Below, piece by piece: positions 1 through 10,254 of a DNA stretch of 35,922 nt. This DNA is from Silvibacterium sp. GTDB taxonomy: Bacteria; Acidobacteriota; Terriglobia; Terriglobales; Acidobacteriaceae. Every line of letters starts with the position of its first letter. The first letter of the stretch is position 1. The notes beneath the pieces were generated by a model that made no database searches, was not told the origin of the DNA, and worked only from the letters and a program-made list of their open reading frames with translations. The position numbers and the translations under genes were made by a program. The stretch is taken from NCBI GenBank assembly GCA_036264455.1, contig DATAQX010000132.1, forward strand, positions 1 to 35,922, read 5' to 3'.

Positions 1-125
1 GAGGATCGATGTAGGCTCTAAAGAATCTCACTGCGTAACTGACGAGTGCTCTATAATTTGAGGCGTTCTGTCGTAGCACGAAAACATGATTCCGCATGTC
101 TGGAAGATCGCGAGGGCAATCGGCG

Positions 126-744
126 ATGCCAGAGGGAGAGCCCCAGCTTCGATCTGTGAGGTTCGGGAACTTCGAAGTTGACCTTCGGAGCGGAGAGTTG
201 CGCAAGGCCGGAGTGAAGCTGGAACTCAACGGCCAGCCGTTCCAGGTGCTGACCATTCCGCTGGAGCCTCCCGGTGAAGTGGTGACACGGGAGGAATTGC
301 AGAAGCGGCACTGGCCCGACACTTTCGTCGATGTCGACCACAATCTCAATACATCCATCAACAAGATTCGAGAAGCTCTGGGAGATTCGGCCGAGAGTCC
401 GCGCTATGTTGAGACACTGCCCCGGCATGGCTATCGCTTTATCGCGCCCGTGGAAGGCGGCATCGTTTCCTCCGGCCAAATCGTCGAAAAACCTCCCCCT
501 GTCAAATCACGGATGTGGCGAAGACCTGCGTATTCCTGGCTGGCCTTACCTGGTGTGGTCATAGTCAGAGTGAGCGGGCTTTTTTTGAGAAGGAAGGAGG
601 GGTCCCCGAATTCCGGGCGCGCCAAGAGTCCTGAGGTTCAAGAAGTTGACCAGTGATGGTCAAGCAAAATCCGGCCCGCTTGCTACCGACGGTTCGCGGA
701 TCTATTTCAACGAACTTCTAAAGCTGACAGAGACTGACCCATGA
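126..744 (+). pseudogene. Winged-helix (OmpR/CadC-type trans_reg_C) regulator of the wHTH-TM-TolB-propeller type; frameshifted and truncated
   Basis: wHTH motifs VRFGNFEVDLRSGEL, GEVVTREEL, INKIREALGDSAESPRYVETLPRHGYRFIAPV. The frame stops at 656, but the +1 frame from ~619 reads APRVLRFKKLTSDGQAKSGPLATDGSRIYFNE (start of a TolB-like propeller) and stops at 742-744. Likely start is the ATG at 126. Confidence 0.75.
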
Positions 745-753
745 GGGAACTCA

Positions 754-1806
754 ATGGCTCATACAATGAAGGAAGTAGCGAAACGAGCAGGGGTCTCTCC
801 TGCGACCGTGTCTCGCGTACTTAATAAAACACATTACATTTCCGCCGAGACGGAAAGGCGTGTACTTGAAGTCGTAAACGAGCTCAATTACTACAAGAAC
901 GTTCATGCCAAAAGACTGGCAACGGGACAAAGTGATTTGTTCGGTCTCGTGATCTCAGAAATTGCAAACCCCTATTTCCCCGGAATCATCCGCGGTTTTC
1001 AAGCCGCAGCGTGGGACAGGGGATTTGATGTCCTGCTTTGCAATACTGAATACAATCCGCAACGCACTCAGTCTGTGATCAGCAAGCTGATACAAAGCGA
1101 TGTTCGAGGCGTTGCCATTGTCACCTCTTCGATTGACAACAGCATGACATCTGATTTGATCAGGGCGGGGATCGGCGTTGTCTTCTGTAACATGTGTCCT
1201 CCAGGTAAGCTGGTTAGCAATATTACTATCGACTACGAGCGTGGGATATTGCAGGCGATCGAACATGTCGTGGCGCTCGGGCATTACCGTGCCGCGGTTA
1301 TTGCCGGCCCTGAGACAAACCGCACCGCGGTAAATATTAAGCGCGCATTGCTAACCGGATTAAAAAGAAAGGGAATCCGTCCCTTCCCCGTGACCAGTGC
1401 CGACTACCGGATAGACGCGGGCGCTTCAGCAGTACATACCATCCTCTCTGCCCCTGAGATACCTACCGTGATTTTTGGCGGGAGTGACCTTATCGCAATG
1501 GGAGCCATGAACGCACTTGAAGGGGCGGGCATCAAAATTCCAGAGGATATTTCCATCATCGGCATCGACGACATAGCGTTTGCCTTTCTCTCCCGTCCGC
1601 CGCTCACGACGATAAGCGTCCCTTGCGAACGCCTGGGCATCACAGCGTTTCACGCATTAGACAGGATGCTCAAACTGAAACGGCGCATAGGGGCGGACTA
1701 TCGCCTTGAAACGGCGTTAGTCATTCGCAAATCTACAGCTCTCGCAAGGCTTTCCCCTCTACGCAGCGCCAGGCACGCTTCCCGTGCGTCGTCCGGGACC
1801 ATCTAG
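754..1806 (+). CDS. LacI/GalR family transcriptional regulator
   Basis: N-terminal HTH TMKEVAKRAGVSPATVSRVLN, hinge HAKRLA, sugar-binding domain ending IPEDISIIGIDD..PPLTTI; GAGG RBS upstream. Confidence 0.95.
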   Translation: MAHTMKEVAKRAGVSPATVSRVLNKTHYISAETERRVLEVVNELNYYKNVHAKRLATGQSDLFGLVISEIANPYFPGIIRGFQAAAWDRGFDVLLCNTEYNPQRTQSVISKLIQSDVRGVAIVTSSIDNSMTSDLIRAGIGVVFCNMCPPGKLVSNITIDYERGILQAIEHVVALGHYRAAVIAGPETNRTAVNIKRALLTGLKRKGIRPFPVTSADYRIDAGASAVHTILSAPEIPTVIFGGSDLIAMGAMNALEGAGIKIPEDISIIGIDDIAFAFLSRPPLTTISVPCERLGITAFHALDRMLKLKRRIGADYRLETALVIRKSTALARLSPLRSARHASRASSGTI

Positions 1807-1816
1807 TCTAGAGCGT

Positions 1817-1855
1817 CCGCGGCCGAAACCGCGGCCCCCTAGCGAGGTCTCCTCG
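1817..1855. terminator. Hairpins between convergent lacI and TonB receptor genes (possible terminator)
   Basis: CCGCGG-CCGAAA-CCGCGG (1817-1834) and CGAGG-TCT-CCTCG (1843-1855); no clear U-tract. Confidence 0.3.
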
Positions 1856-4800
1856 TCAGAAGTACACTTTGGCGGCGAGTTGGATCACGCGGGGACCGCC
1901 GACGCCAATGTAAGTGTTCGCGTTCGTTCCCCAGTTCGCTGTCTTCGCGATGGAGATGGGAGTGGTAGGATCCGAATACTGAAATGGACCGTTCACCGTA
2001 ACGCCCGCGCCGTTGGTATTGCCGGTGGGGTAATACCTGTCGTTGAAATTAGGATGGTTGAATACGTTGAACGCCTCCAGACGCAGTTGAAGACTACGCA
2101 CTTCGTTTTTGCTCAGCGGGATGTTCTTGAAGAGGGACATATCCCAGTTCTGCATTCCCCCGCTGCGGAGAGTGTCGCGTGATCCGGCCTGCGGGAAACC
2201 AACCCTGGGAGCAACCGGGTTCTTATTCCGGTCGAGCGTGAAGTAGAAAGGAATGATGCCCCACATGTTGGAACCGTCGAAGGTCCCTGACGGGAACGCA
2301 AAGTTGTTATTCAGATCGGCGGGAACTCCGGTCATAAACTGCGTGATCCCGCTTAGCTGATAGTTATCGGTGACGTAGGAAAGCCACTTTGGACCGCCAA
2401 AGTGCTTGGTCACGCTGGGGAGATCATAGACATAGTTGGCCGCAAACACATGGGCTCGATCCCAACCTGTCGCTCGATAATCGAGCTGTGGATTTACTGG
2501 ATTTTGGTAGTCCTGATCCGTATTGGCAGTGGCTAAGGACTTCGAATAGGTATAAACCGCGCCGAAGGTCAAGCCCGCGCTGAAGCGGCGCTGCAGGGAG
2601 GCTTGCAGCGAGTTGTAATTCGAGGTGCCGTTGAACTCCAGGTATGGAATCTGTCCGTAGCCTTTGTAGGGAACCAGTGGCGCATTGGTATAGCTCGCGT
2701 GTCCCAGCGCGCACCAGCCGTTGAAATCGTATCCGGCCGCCGAATACTCAGGTTGCAGGCCCGGCTGTACGGCGGGTACTGAGCCATTGAAAAGAGAGCA
2801 GTTTGGGTCCTGTGCGGCCCGGCTGAATGCGGTGCCGTACGGAACGGCATTGATGTCATGAGCGGTAACCAGGTGTTGCGAGAGCGTGCCCACATAAGCC
2901 ACATCGAGTGTTGTGCCCCTGCCGAGCTCTCGCTGTATTCCAAGGCTGTAGCTGTAGACGGTGGGGACCCTGCCATCGCGGGCCGCGCCGATGATGTTCT
3001 TGTCGCCTTGCACTGGGATCTCGTCTGCGGACGTAGACAAGCTGGGAAGGTTGGCAATGTTGCTGCTTGAGACAGACGGGGTCTGCACGAGGGCTGGATT
3101 ATTGAAGACCGTGTTAAAAATCAAATTGCCCTGAGTGCGATCGTGCATCATTCCGAAGCCGCCACGCAGCACAGTCTTGCGGTCGTTGAAAAGCTCGTAG
3201 GCGAAACCGAATCTTGGCTCGGGCATAATGCCGCGGCTGTCCCAGCCCCCTACTGGAAGTTGACCCTTGTCCACATACCTCATGCCGTTCAACGGATCCC
3301 CTCCGTCGGCCACGATGATATTGCCTGTGCCGGGGTCGATCGTGACCGCATTGGCCGGGTTATAAGACGCAGGATCGAAGAGCGCAACCTGGTTTCTGGC
3401 GTCGTACTGGGGCGGAATCCAGGCAAAGCGCATGCCATAGTCGAGCGTCAGCCGTGCCGTGACTCTCCAGGTGTCTTGTCCGTAGAATTCAAACTGGTTG
3501 TAGCGGAATTCACCCAGCGGACGTGCGGTGGATTGATCGAAGCTGTCGAAGTCCCCGAGGAGTGCGCTCGCCAGTGGATTGCCCAGCGTGCAAGTGCCCG
3601 TCCCGCCCGGGCAGCTTCCTCCACTAGTGGGTCCCAGCCCGAAACTGAACTGGCCGTTGATGTTGCCCCAGGCAATCTGGTTCTTGCGGCTGCGTTGGTA
3701 GAAAAAGCCAGTCTTCAGGGTGTGACTGCGTCGCACCCAGGTCAGGTTCTCATTCACATTGATGGTAGTGTTGGCCTGATGCCAGGGCGTCGCGCCAAGG
3801 TAACCGCCCCCGAAATTAACGTTATTGAGGCCGTTAAAGCTCATATCCGGAATGGACTGGTCGGGAGTAACTGGAAAGAGCAGCGGCAGGGTGATACCGT
3901 TCTTCCCCCGCGAGATATTTCCGTTCGTGCCATCCGCCTCGGAAAGTGTATAGCTGGGGCCTACCGAGAACTCGTTCAGGAGGGACGGGGTGATGGTGCT
4001 CACCCAGTTGCCGGAGACGTTCCAGCCGGGGTGGTTCTGCGTGCAGCCGCCGGGAAAATTAATCGACGAGGCGCAGGCGAAAATACCGAACGGTCCGGGA
4101 AACGGGACGAAGGGTGAAGAGTCAGTCTCCGTGTTGTGAATCCAGCGCCCGTACAGGCGATTCTTGGTATTGAGCTGAAAGTCAACACGGAGAATCTCCT
4201 CGCGACGGGGAGCATTGCCAGAAAGCGCTTCCGAGAAGTTGAAATTCTGTCCGTTGACCCCGAACCCGCCCACGTTAGGCGAAGGGAACAGGTTCAGAAT
4301 CTTTTGTATCTGAGCAAAGACTGTCTGCTGTGCTGCCGGCAGCTGGCTTGGGTTGATTTTATTATTGGTGATGCCTGGTCCGGCAATCACAATTGGAAGA
4401 CCGTTGCCATCAGTTGACTGCGAAAAATCCCCCTGCCGCTCCAGGGCAGTCGGCGTGTAGAATTGCGCGGTTCCACCAATGGGAACCAATTGCCGGTAGA
4501 ATTCCTGGCTCCAGAAGAAGAACAGTCTGTCTCTCTTAACAGGCCCGCCCACCTGATACCCGAAATAGTTGTAGCGATACAGGGGCGGAGTATTTGGCAA
4601 GCCCCCCCTTAACTGATTTTGCTTGTTGAACCATTCATTTGCGTTAAGGCCCTCGTGGCGATGGAAGAAGCGGGCATCGCCATGGAACTGGTCCGTGCCG
4701 CTCTTGGTAACCAGAGCAATCTGTCCGCCCGCCGCCTTGCCGAACTCCGCCTGATAATTCGAGGTCAACACCTTCACTTCTTCAATGGCGTCGGGGTTGA

Positions 4801-5461
4801 TCGTGACATGTGTTCCACCGTTATTTCCGGTATCGACATTCGATGCGCCGTCGATGGTGTACTCGTGCTGATTGGCGCGTGTGCCGTTGATGTTGAACTG
4901 GTCTATGCCGCCCGTGCCTGAAACCGCACCATTAAATCCGCTGATCACACCTGGGATCAGCTTCATGTAATCCAGCACATTGCGGCCATTGATGGCCACG
5001 TCGTTGAGCTGTTTACCAGTGATCAGGTCCGAGCGCTCGCCCGAATTCGATTGCAACTGGAGTTGCCCGGTATCAGCAGTCACGGTCACTGACTGCGTAG
5101 TAGCGCCCACGCTGAGCACAAATTCTCCCGCATTCAGCTTGTCTGCTGCGCTGAGCACGATGCCCTCGGCTACCACTCTCTTAAATCCCGAGGCTTCGAT
5201 GTCAAGCGAATAGTTGGCGGGCGGAAGATTGGGAATTGAGAATTCACCGCCCGAGGACGTCTTCACACTTCTGGTCAAACCAATAGCTGTGCCATGGACG
5301 GTAACTCTGGCATTTGGGACGACCGCTCCGGTTGTGTCCGTGACCGTTCCAAATATCGTGCCAGACGTCACCTGCGAAAGCAGAGATGTGGACACAATAC
5401 AGAGAACGGCCACGATCGAGAAGACAGATTTTGTACTTTTCTGACGAAGAGAACAGGGCAT
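1856..5461 (-). CDS. TonB-dependent receptor, Oar-like, with N-terminal carboxypeptidase-regulatory-like domain (likely sugar uptake)
   Basis: Signal peptide, GTIFGTVTDTTGAVVPNA, plug motif INGRNVLD, DAIEEVKVLTSNYQAEFG, C-terminal LRLEAFNVFNHPNF..RVIQLAAKVYF (terminal Phe); GAGGAGG RBS. Confidence 0.93.
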   Translation of the reverse strand: MPCSLRQKSTKSVFSIVAVLCIVSTSLLSQVTSGTIFGTVTDTTGAVVPNARVTVHGTAIGLTRSVKTSSGGEFSIPNLPPANYSLDIEASGFKRVVAEGIVLSAADKLNAGEFVLSVGATTQSVTVTADTGQLQLQSNSGERSDLITGKQLNDVAINGRNVLDYMKLIPGVISGFNGAVSGTGGIDQFNINGTRANQHEYTIDGASNVDTGNNGGTHVTINPDAIEEVKVLTSNYQAEFGKAAGGQIALVTKSGTDQFHGDARFFHRHEGLNANEWFNKQNQLRGGLPNTPPLYRYNYFGYQVGGPVKRDRLFFFWSQEFYRQLVPIGGTAQFYTPTALERQGDFSQSTDGNGLPIVIAGPGITNNKINPSQLPAAQQTVFAQIQKILNLFPSPNVGGFGVNGQNFNFSEALSGNAPRREEILRVDFQLNTKNRLYGRWIHNTETDSSPFVPFPGPFGIFACASSINFPGGCTQNHPGWNVSGNWVSTITPSLLNEFSVGPSYTLSEADGTNGNISRGKNGITLPLLFPVTPDQSIPDMSFNGLNNVNFGGGYLGATPWHQANTTINVNENLTWVRRSHTLKTGFFYQRSRKNQIAWGNINGQFSFGLGPTSGGSCPGGTGTCTLGNPLASALLGDFDSFDQSTARPLGEFRYNQFEFYGQDTWRVTARLTLDYGMRFAWIPPQYDARNQVALFDPASYNPANAVTIDPGTGNIIVADGGDPLNGMRYVDKGQLPVGGWDSRGIMPEPRFGFAYELFNDRKTVLRGGFGMMHDRTQGNLIFNTVFNNPALVQTPSVSSSNIANLPSLSTSADEIPVQGDKNIIGAARDGRVPTVYSYSLGIQRELGRGTTLDVAYVGTLSQHLVTAHDINAVPYGTAFSRAAQDPNCSLFNGSVPAVQPGLQPEYSAAGYDFNGWCALGHASYTNAPLVPYKGYGQIPYLEFNGTSNYNSLQASLQRRFSAGLTFGAVYTYSKSLATANTDQDYQNPVNPQLDYRATGWDRAHVFAANYVYDLPSVTKHFGGPKWLSYVTDNYQLSGITQFMTGVPADLNNNFAFPSGTFDGSNMWGIIPFYFTLDRNKNPVAPRVGFPQAGSRDTLRSGGMQNWDMSLFKNIPLSKNEVRSLQLRLEAFNVFNHPNFNDRYYPTGNTNGAGVTVNGPFQYSDPTTPISIAKTANWGTNANTYIGVGGPRVIQLAAKVYF

Positions 5462-5650
5462 GGCTCCTCCTCACCGCAGTGAGATACCTTTTCGGTGCGG
5501 GCATGCAGATGTGCGCTGTTGATGTGCGTATGCATCAGTCCTCAACAACAACAACTGGCAGAGAACGTGCCCGGGGAATCAGCCAGTGCCCATTCTTTGC
5601 GGATGCATCATTGACCTCACTTCGGTGCAATCCTAAGAATGGGCTTGTAA

Positions 5651-5710
5651 GAAACCGATTTCCGAAACCGATTGCAGAAACTTGTAGTCTTCCCCAAATA
5701 TATTTGTCAA
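5651..5710 (-). promoter_or_regulatory. Sigma70-like promoter with two tandem LacI-type operators (TonB receptor)
   Basis: TTGACA on the minus strand at 5705-5710 and a weak -10 TACAAG at 5681-5686. Boxes GAAACCGATTTC (5651-5662) and GAAACCGATTGC (5664-5675) are CG-centred pseudo-palindromes. The same layout recurs at 11908-11967. Confidence 0.8.
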
Positions 5711-5831
5711 GCGAATTAGGGTTACTTCAGAAGAAGGATTTTTAATCACGCCAACAGAAAATCGACCTCGACTCAAATGATCCTGCTCCCGCTGATCGTC
5801 CCGGAGAATTCACACTAACAGGCCCCCTTCT

Positions 5832-7088
5832 TCAGACAGCCGTGGGAAGATCTGTCTTTGTCAAACGCAGCGTCGCATTGTTGACTAGTGGCTTCGCCCA
5901 AAAACCAACGCTGAAAATAAAACCGAAGGTCAGGTAAAGAAGAATCAGCCCATTCCTCAGTCCAAAATGATCGCCGATTCGTCCGATGACGGCCGGCATC
6001 ACTGCGCCCCCGATGATTGCGGTGCCAAGGATACCCGTAAATGAGCCGTGATACTCCGAAACAGAATTGAGCGCGAGCGAAATCAGGATGGGCCACATGA
6101 CCGAGGCGAACAAACCCACTAAAGGAAAAGCGACTACCGATATTCTGTCGGGACCGAAAAGTGCAAGAGTTAGAAAGAAAAGAGCGCCGGTTGAGGCGCC
6201 GATTAACACGCGCCGGCTATCGAATATTTTCAGCAGCAGTACTCCGGCCAGGCAGCCGAAGGTCATCAACCCCCAGAACCGCGCGACCGCACGTGCGCCG
6301 GTGGTATGAGGATCAAGGTGGTGATACTGGCTGAGGAATTGCGATATCCAGTTGACAGAGCCCTGTTCGCATCCTACATAGGCAAAGACGGCGAGAAAAT
6401 AAAGCCATACCGTGTGTTGTCGAACAAGGCTTCCGTACATCTGCAATGTGCCGGGCCGTTCTTCCGCCGTATGCTGGACGCGCGGAAACCTCGACACACA
6501 CACCACCAGAACCATCACAGCGGCAATCACGGTGAAGATCCAATACAGAGAGACCCACGGCAGCTCAGCGGGAGTGATTTTTCTCAGCCCTCTGAGCAGC
6601 GGATTGGAATTCAGATTTAAGACCAGATAGGAATAGATATGGGGGCTGATAAACGCCGCAGAACCAAAAAACAGTTGGGCCAGCACTTCGTTGAACGCAA
6701 AGTGCTCCTCTCCGCCAGAGACGCGCAACAGCGGATTAATGGCAACCTGCAGAACTGCCATTCCCGCTCCAATGACAAACAATGAAATGACGGCCACTTT
6801 ATATGCAGGAAAAAGTGCAAAACTCATGGAGCCGATCGCGGCAGCTATAAAGGCCGAAATCATCACCGGCTTTTCCGTGAAGCGTTCCACCAGGAATCCG
6901 GCGGGAATCGACATCACTCCATATGCAATGAAGAAAGAGAAGATCAGGAACCCCGCAGCAGTCAGGCTGACGTGGAAGTTGCTGATGATATCCGGCACGA
7001 TCGGCCCGAGGATATTGGTGAGCAGGGATATCACAAAGAATGTAAGCAGGACCAGATAGACCATGTATCGATTCCTAGCCATATGCAC
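5832..7088 (-). CDS. MFS sugar transporter, FucP/GluP-like
   Basis: About 12 hydrophobic segments; FSFFIAYGVMSIPAG, LQVAINP, FAYVGCEQ, AIIGGAVMP motifs; start GTG 7088 or ATG 7082. Confidence 0.9.
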   Translation of the reverse strand: MHMARNRYMVYLVLLTFFVISLLTNILGPIVPDIISNFHVSLTAAGFLIFSFFIAYGVMSIPAGFLVERFTEKPVMISAFIAAAIGSMSFALFPAYKVAVISLFVIGAGMAVLQVAINPLLRVSGGEEHFAFNEVLAQLFFGSAAFISPHIYSYLVLNLNSNPLLRGLRKITPAELPWVSLYWIFTVIAAVMVLVVCVSRFPRVQHTAEERPGTLQMYGSLVRQHTVWLYFLAVFAYVGCEQGSVNWISQFLSQYHHLDPHTTGARAVARFWGLMTFGCLAGVLLLKIFDSRRVLIGASTGALFFLTLALFGPDRISVVAFPLVGLFASVMWPILISLALNSVSEYHGSFTGILGTAIIGGAVMPAVIGRIGDHFGLRNGLILLYLTFGFIFSVGFWAKPLVNNATLRLTKTDLPTAV

Positions 7089-7115
7089 TTGACTCCTCTT
7101 ACATTCGGGGCTTCG

Positions 7116-8072
7116 CTATGCCGAAACAGTATCCGGGCAACCTATGTCTCCAAACCGATGATGCCAGGCGCGGGCTGCTCCAATAAGGTTCGCGTCCTCG
7201 CCGAGTAAAGCCAGTCTCAGATCCATTTTTTCCAGAGGAACGAATCGGCATCCCTGGCGCATAACCTCGCGGACGCCATCAAGAAAGAGGTCAGCGCTTT
7301 TCATAATGCTTCCGCTCAGAATTACCGCATCTGGAGTAAACAAGTTCATAAGGTTAGCGAGACCAATGCCCAGATAAAAGGTCTCTCTTCGAATGGCGAG
7401 CAGCGCCAGCGCGTCGCCTGCATACGCGAGCTCACAGATTCGTTTGGCTGTAAGCTCATCGCTGCCGGAATACTCCGGCTGGCTCTCCATCCAGCGGACC
7501 ATGGCAGGACCAGCAGCGAGAGATTCCCAACATCCACTCAACCCGCAGGAACATGGAGGGCCAGCCGTGTCGATCACCTGATGACCGATCTCCGGATGCG
7601 CCCGATTAACTCCCCGATACAGTTGTCCGTCCAGAATAATGCCGCCGCCGATTCCTGTTCCGATGGTGACGTGGATGAGCCGCGACTTGTTTCTTCCCGC
7701 ACCCCAGCCTGCCTCCGCCAGAGCTGCTGCATCCGCATCATTTTCAATCGCAACCGGGACGCGAAAGTTCCGCTCCAGATCGTCAACCAGACTCTCGCCG
7801 CTCCATTGGGGAAGAAAGTCCAAATCGCCAAAGCGCCCGGTAAACGGGTCGACCGGGCCGGTTGCGCCAATACCGATACCTGCGATGGCCAGACCTGTTG
7901 TCCGCGTGATCTGCCGCAACATGTCAACGATGAGGTTTACGCCATCGCCGTAGGTTTCGGCTGCCCTGGATGGAGCTTCCATTCGAGATAAGAGACGTCC
8001 GTTTTCATCTACGATTCCAACGGCTATCTTTGTCCCGCCGATATCAATGGCACCAATCGCGGTCATAGGCAA
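7116..8072 (-). CDS. ROK family sugar kinase
   Basis: IDIGGTKI ATP motif, ENDADAAALAE, GTGIGGG, EIGH and Zn motif CSCGLSGCWE; no HTH. Confidence 0.93.
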   Translation of the reverse strand: MPMTAIGAIDIGGTKIAVGIVDENGRLLSRMEAPSRAAETYGDGVNLIVDMLRQITRTTGLAIAGIGIGATGPVDPFTGRFGDLDFLPQWSGESLVDDLERNFRVPVAIENDADAAALAEAGWGAGRNKSRLIHVTIGTGIGGGIILDGQLYRGVNRAHPEIGHQVIDTAGPPCSCGLSGCWESLAAGPAMVRWMESQPEYSGSDELTAKRICELAYAGDALALLAIRRETFYLGIGLANLMNLFTPDAVILSGSIMKSADLFLDGVREVMRQGCRFVPLEKMDLRLALLGEDANLIGAARAWHHRFGDIGCPDTVSA

Positions 8073-8077
8073 TTCAA

Positions 8078-9172
8078 CTATGTTTCATTTACCTTCAATC
8101 CCGCCTGTGCCGAAGACGCAATTCCGTTGGGCACAAGGCCGTGATCATCTTCAACAATGTAGGAAGCAAAGCGGAATGAGTCGCAATCGACACCGGCAAG
8201 CTGCGCCAGGCGCTCCGCAGCAAGCTGCGCTGGAAAAATATCGGCTAGAAACTGCCACTGCAGAGGCGCTCGGGGCAGCTGAAAAACCAGGTCTGCGGCG
8301 TCTTTGGGTATATCGCGACCGGTCAGCATCACCGAAGCCCCTAAGCCCCGCAGGTCGTGCGCTATGGCCAGGTCCTGTTCGCGCATTTGCTCGTTGTCGA
8401 TCCAAATCGCGATACGGACATCCTGCATCATCACTTCTTGCGGCCCATGCCGAAAACTGCCGGTCCCCATCGCTGTTGCCGGCAATTTTGCTCCCTCTTC
8501 CCAAAGAAGGCTTGCTTCATATGCGCTCGCCAGACTGTAGCCTCGCGCCAGAAAGTAATACGGCACATCGGGCAGGAGCCAGGAAGTATTCGCCAACTGC
8601 TGCTGCCACTCCGGGATACTCTTTGCTGTTTCAGTAACAGCGCCGGAGAGCGCGGCTGCGAGATTCTCATCAAAGGAACTCACCGTGGCACAGGCTATAG
8701 CTGCGGCTGCAGCTGCCAGCGCTGTATAAGTATTCACCGAGATGCCGTGATCCGCTTTGACCGGAATGACAAGGGGGATGGCTGCTTCCTGCGCCAATGG
8801 ACCATCTTCAAAATTGGTTACACCAATCACAGTCGCACCGGCTGCGCGAGCCTTGTCCAGCAGTTTTACGATCTCTATGCTTTTCCCACTCCGCGACAGA
8901 ACCAGAATCACTGCATCCGGCGGAATTTTGCTGAATTGCAGTAGTTCTGATGCATCAAGCATATACACAGGCCGGCCTCCGGAATAAAAAATCGATCCCG
9001 CACTCAAGGCTGCATTCCAGCTGGCGCCGATCCCGGTAACGTAGACGTGGTGAGCGCCACGGATTGCACTGGCAGCAGATTCCAGCCATTTCCGCCCTGC
9101 CCCGCTGAGATGATCGATCACCCGCAGCAGTTCATCAGGCTGGCGGATTATGTCTTCGAGGAGACGGGTCAT
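8078..9172 (-). CDS. Double-SIS-domain phosphosugar isomerase/deaminase (GlmS C-terminal/AgaS/FrlB-like)
   Basis: EDIIRQPD, GIGASWNA, LSRSGKSIE, LARGYS..YEASLLWEE, FRHGP motifs. Confidence 0.85.
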   Translation of the reverse strand: MTRLLEDIIRQPDELLRVIDHLSGAGRKWLESAASAIRGAHHVYVTGIGASWNAALSAGSIFYSGGRPVYMLDASELLQFSKIPPDAVILVLSRSGKSIEIVKLLDKARAAGATVIGVTNFEDGPLAQEAAIPLVIPVKADHGISVNTYTALAAAAAAIACATVSSFDENLAAALSGAVTETAKSIPEWQQQLANTSWLLPDVPYYFLARGYSLASAYEASLLWEEGAKLPATAMGTGSFRHGPQEVMMQDVRIAIWIDNEQMREQDLAIAHDLRGLGASVMLTGRDIPKDAADLVFQLPRAPLQWQFLADIFPAQLAAERLAQLAGVDCDSFRFASYIVEDDHGLVPNGIASSAQAGLKVNET

Positions 9173-9207
9173 TCATTACCTCAACACTGCTCTCGATACG
9201 AAGGCAC

Positions 9208-10179
9208 TTACTTCGCTGGCGTAATCACAATATTGCGAAAGGCGACGTGACCCTTTTCACTGCCTTGCAGGTAGATCGGCCCAGGCAGCGCTTCGTGGCT
9301 GTCCACTGCGCCACCTGTAATACCAGGGATCTCCTGGTTGTCGATGACGGTCCTGCCATTCTGAATCACCGTGACTCTGCGCCCGATCAGAGTGATATCG
9401 AATGTTTGCCACACATCCGGAGTGCGGGGCAGTTCGGGGGATGGAGCAAGAAAGCCATAGACGCCTCCCGTATGATGACTTGGCGGTTCTGCTTCTGACT
9501 CGGTTTCAATCTGAACTTCGTAGCGGCCACGGATATAGACTCCGCTGTTGGAATCCTTGCCGCAGTTAAATTCAATGTGCAGCTTGAAGTCCTGGAACTT
9601 GGAATCGCTGACGAGCTCAGGACCGTGTCCGGGGCTCACGATGGTTCCATCCTGCACCGTCCACACAGGCGGACCCGCCGCGCTCATCTTCCAACCGGTC
9701 AGGTCTTTTCCATTGAGCAGCTGAATTGGCTTGCCCCACTTCGGCGTACCTGTTTTCTCAAGGGCAGGCGCTCTTACGCCCACCCATTGCCAGGTCTTCC
9801 CGTCTGGACCATTGACTGTACCTGTCAGCGTTTCGCCTGTCAGTTTGCCTTGAAATACCAGATCAGCCTTGCTGTCTTCCTCTTCTTTAGGTGAAACGAA
9901 TGTGAGCTGACCATCTGACACCTCAACCTTTGGCAAAGGCCGCGCATTTCCCCATCGGCCGACCATCTGCGCCTTCAGCTGATCATCTTCCTGCCGTAGC
10001 TCCAGCCATGAAGGATAATCCCGGTCCGGAGCCTTCAACGTAAGATCCCATCGCCCCAGAAAAGGTCCGGCGGAAGATGGACTCTTCGCAGAAGCTGTTG
10101 TCTGGGAATGAATCCAGGTAGCGGCGAAGATCATTGCAATGGCTGTGCCTGTGATGAAGACAACCCTCTGGAATTTCAC
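9208..10179 (-). CDS. Secreted DUF1080 (3-keto-disaccharide hydrolase-like) protein
   Basis: Signal peptide; LLNGKDLTGW, FQDFKLHIEF, NSGVYIRGRYEVQI, WQTFDITL, GPIYLQG..VAFRNI; GTG start with AGGAG RBS. Confidence 0.88.
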   Translation of the reverse strand: MKFQRVVFITGTAIAMIFAATWIHSQTTASAKSPSSAGPFLGRWDLTLKAPDRDYPSWLELRQEDDQLKAQMVGRWGNARPLPKVEVSDGQLTFVSPKEEEDSKADLVFQGKLTGETLTGTVNGPDGKTWQWVGVRAPALEKTGTPKWGKPIQLLNGKDLTGWKMSAAGPPVWTVQDGTIVSPGHGPELVSDSKFQDFKLHIEFNCGKDSNSGVYIRGRYEVQIETESEAEPPSHHTGGVYGFLAPSPELPRTPDVWQTFDITLIGRRVTVIQNGRTVIDNQEIPGITGGAVDSHEALPGPIYLQGSEKGHVAFRNIVITPAK

Positions 10180-10254
10180 GAAAATCAGAACTCCTTTGCT
10201 CCTGGCTTTATGCGCGGAAAATCAATTTTCCCGTCATCCTGACAAACTCCCCAT

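Noticed and set aside
3143-4117. Long antisense or alternate-frame ORFs (also 12410..13174, 25841..26740, 28267..29193, 33012..33941, 33244..34050)
   Set aside because: They lie within well-supported genes, lack motifs, and are expected shadows in GC-rich DNA.
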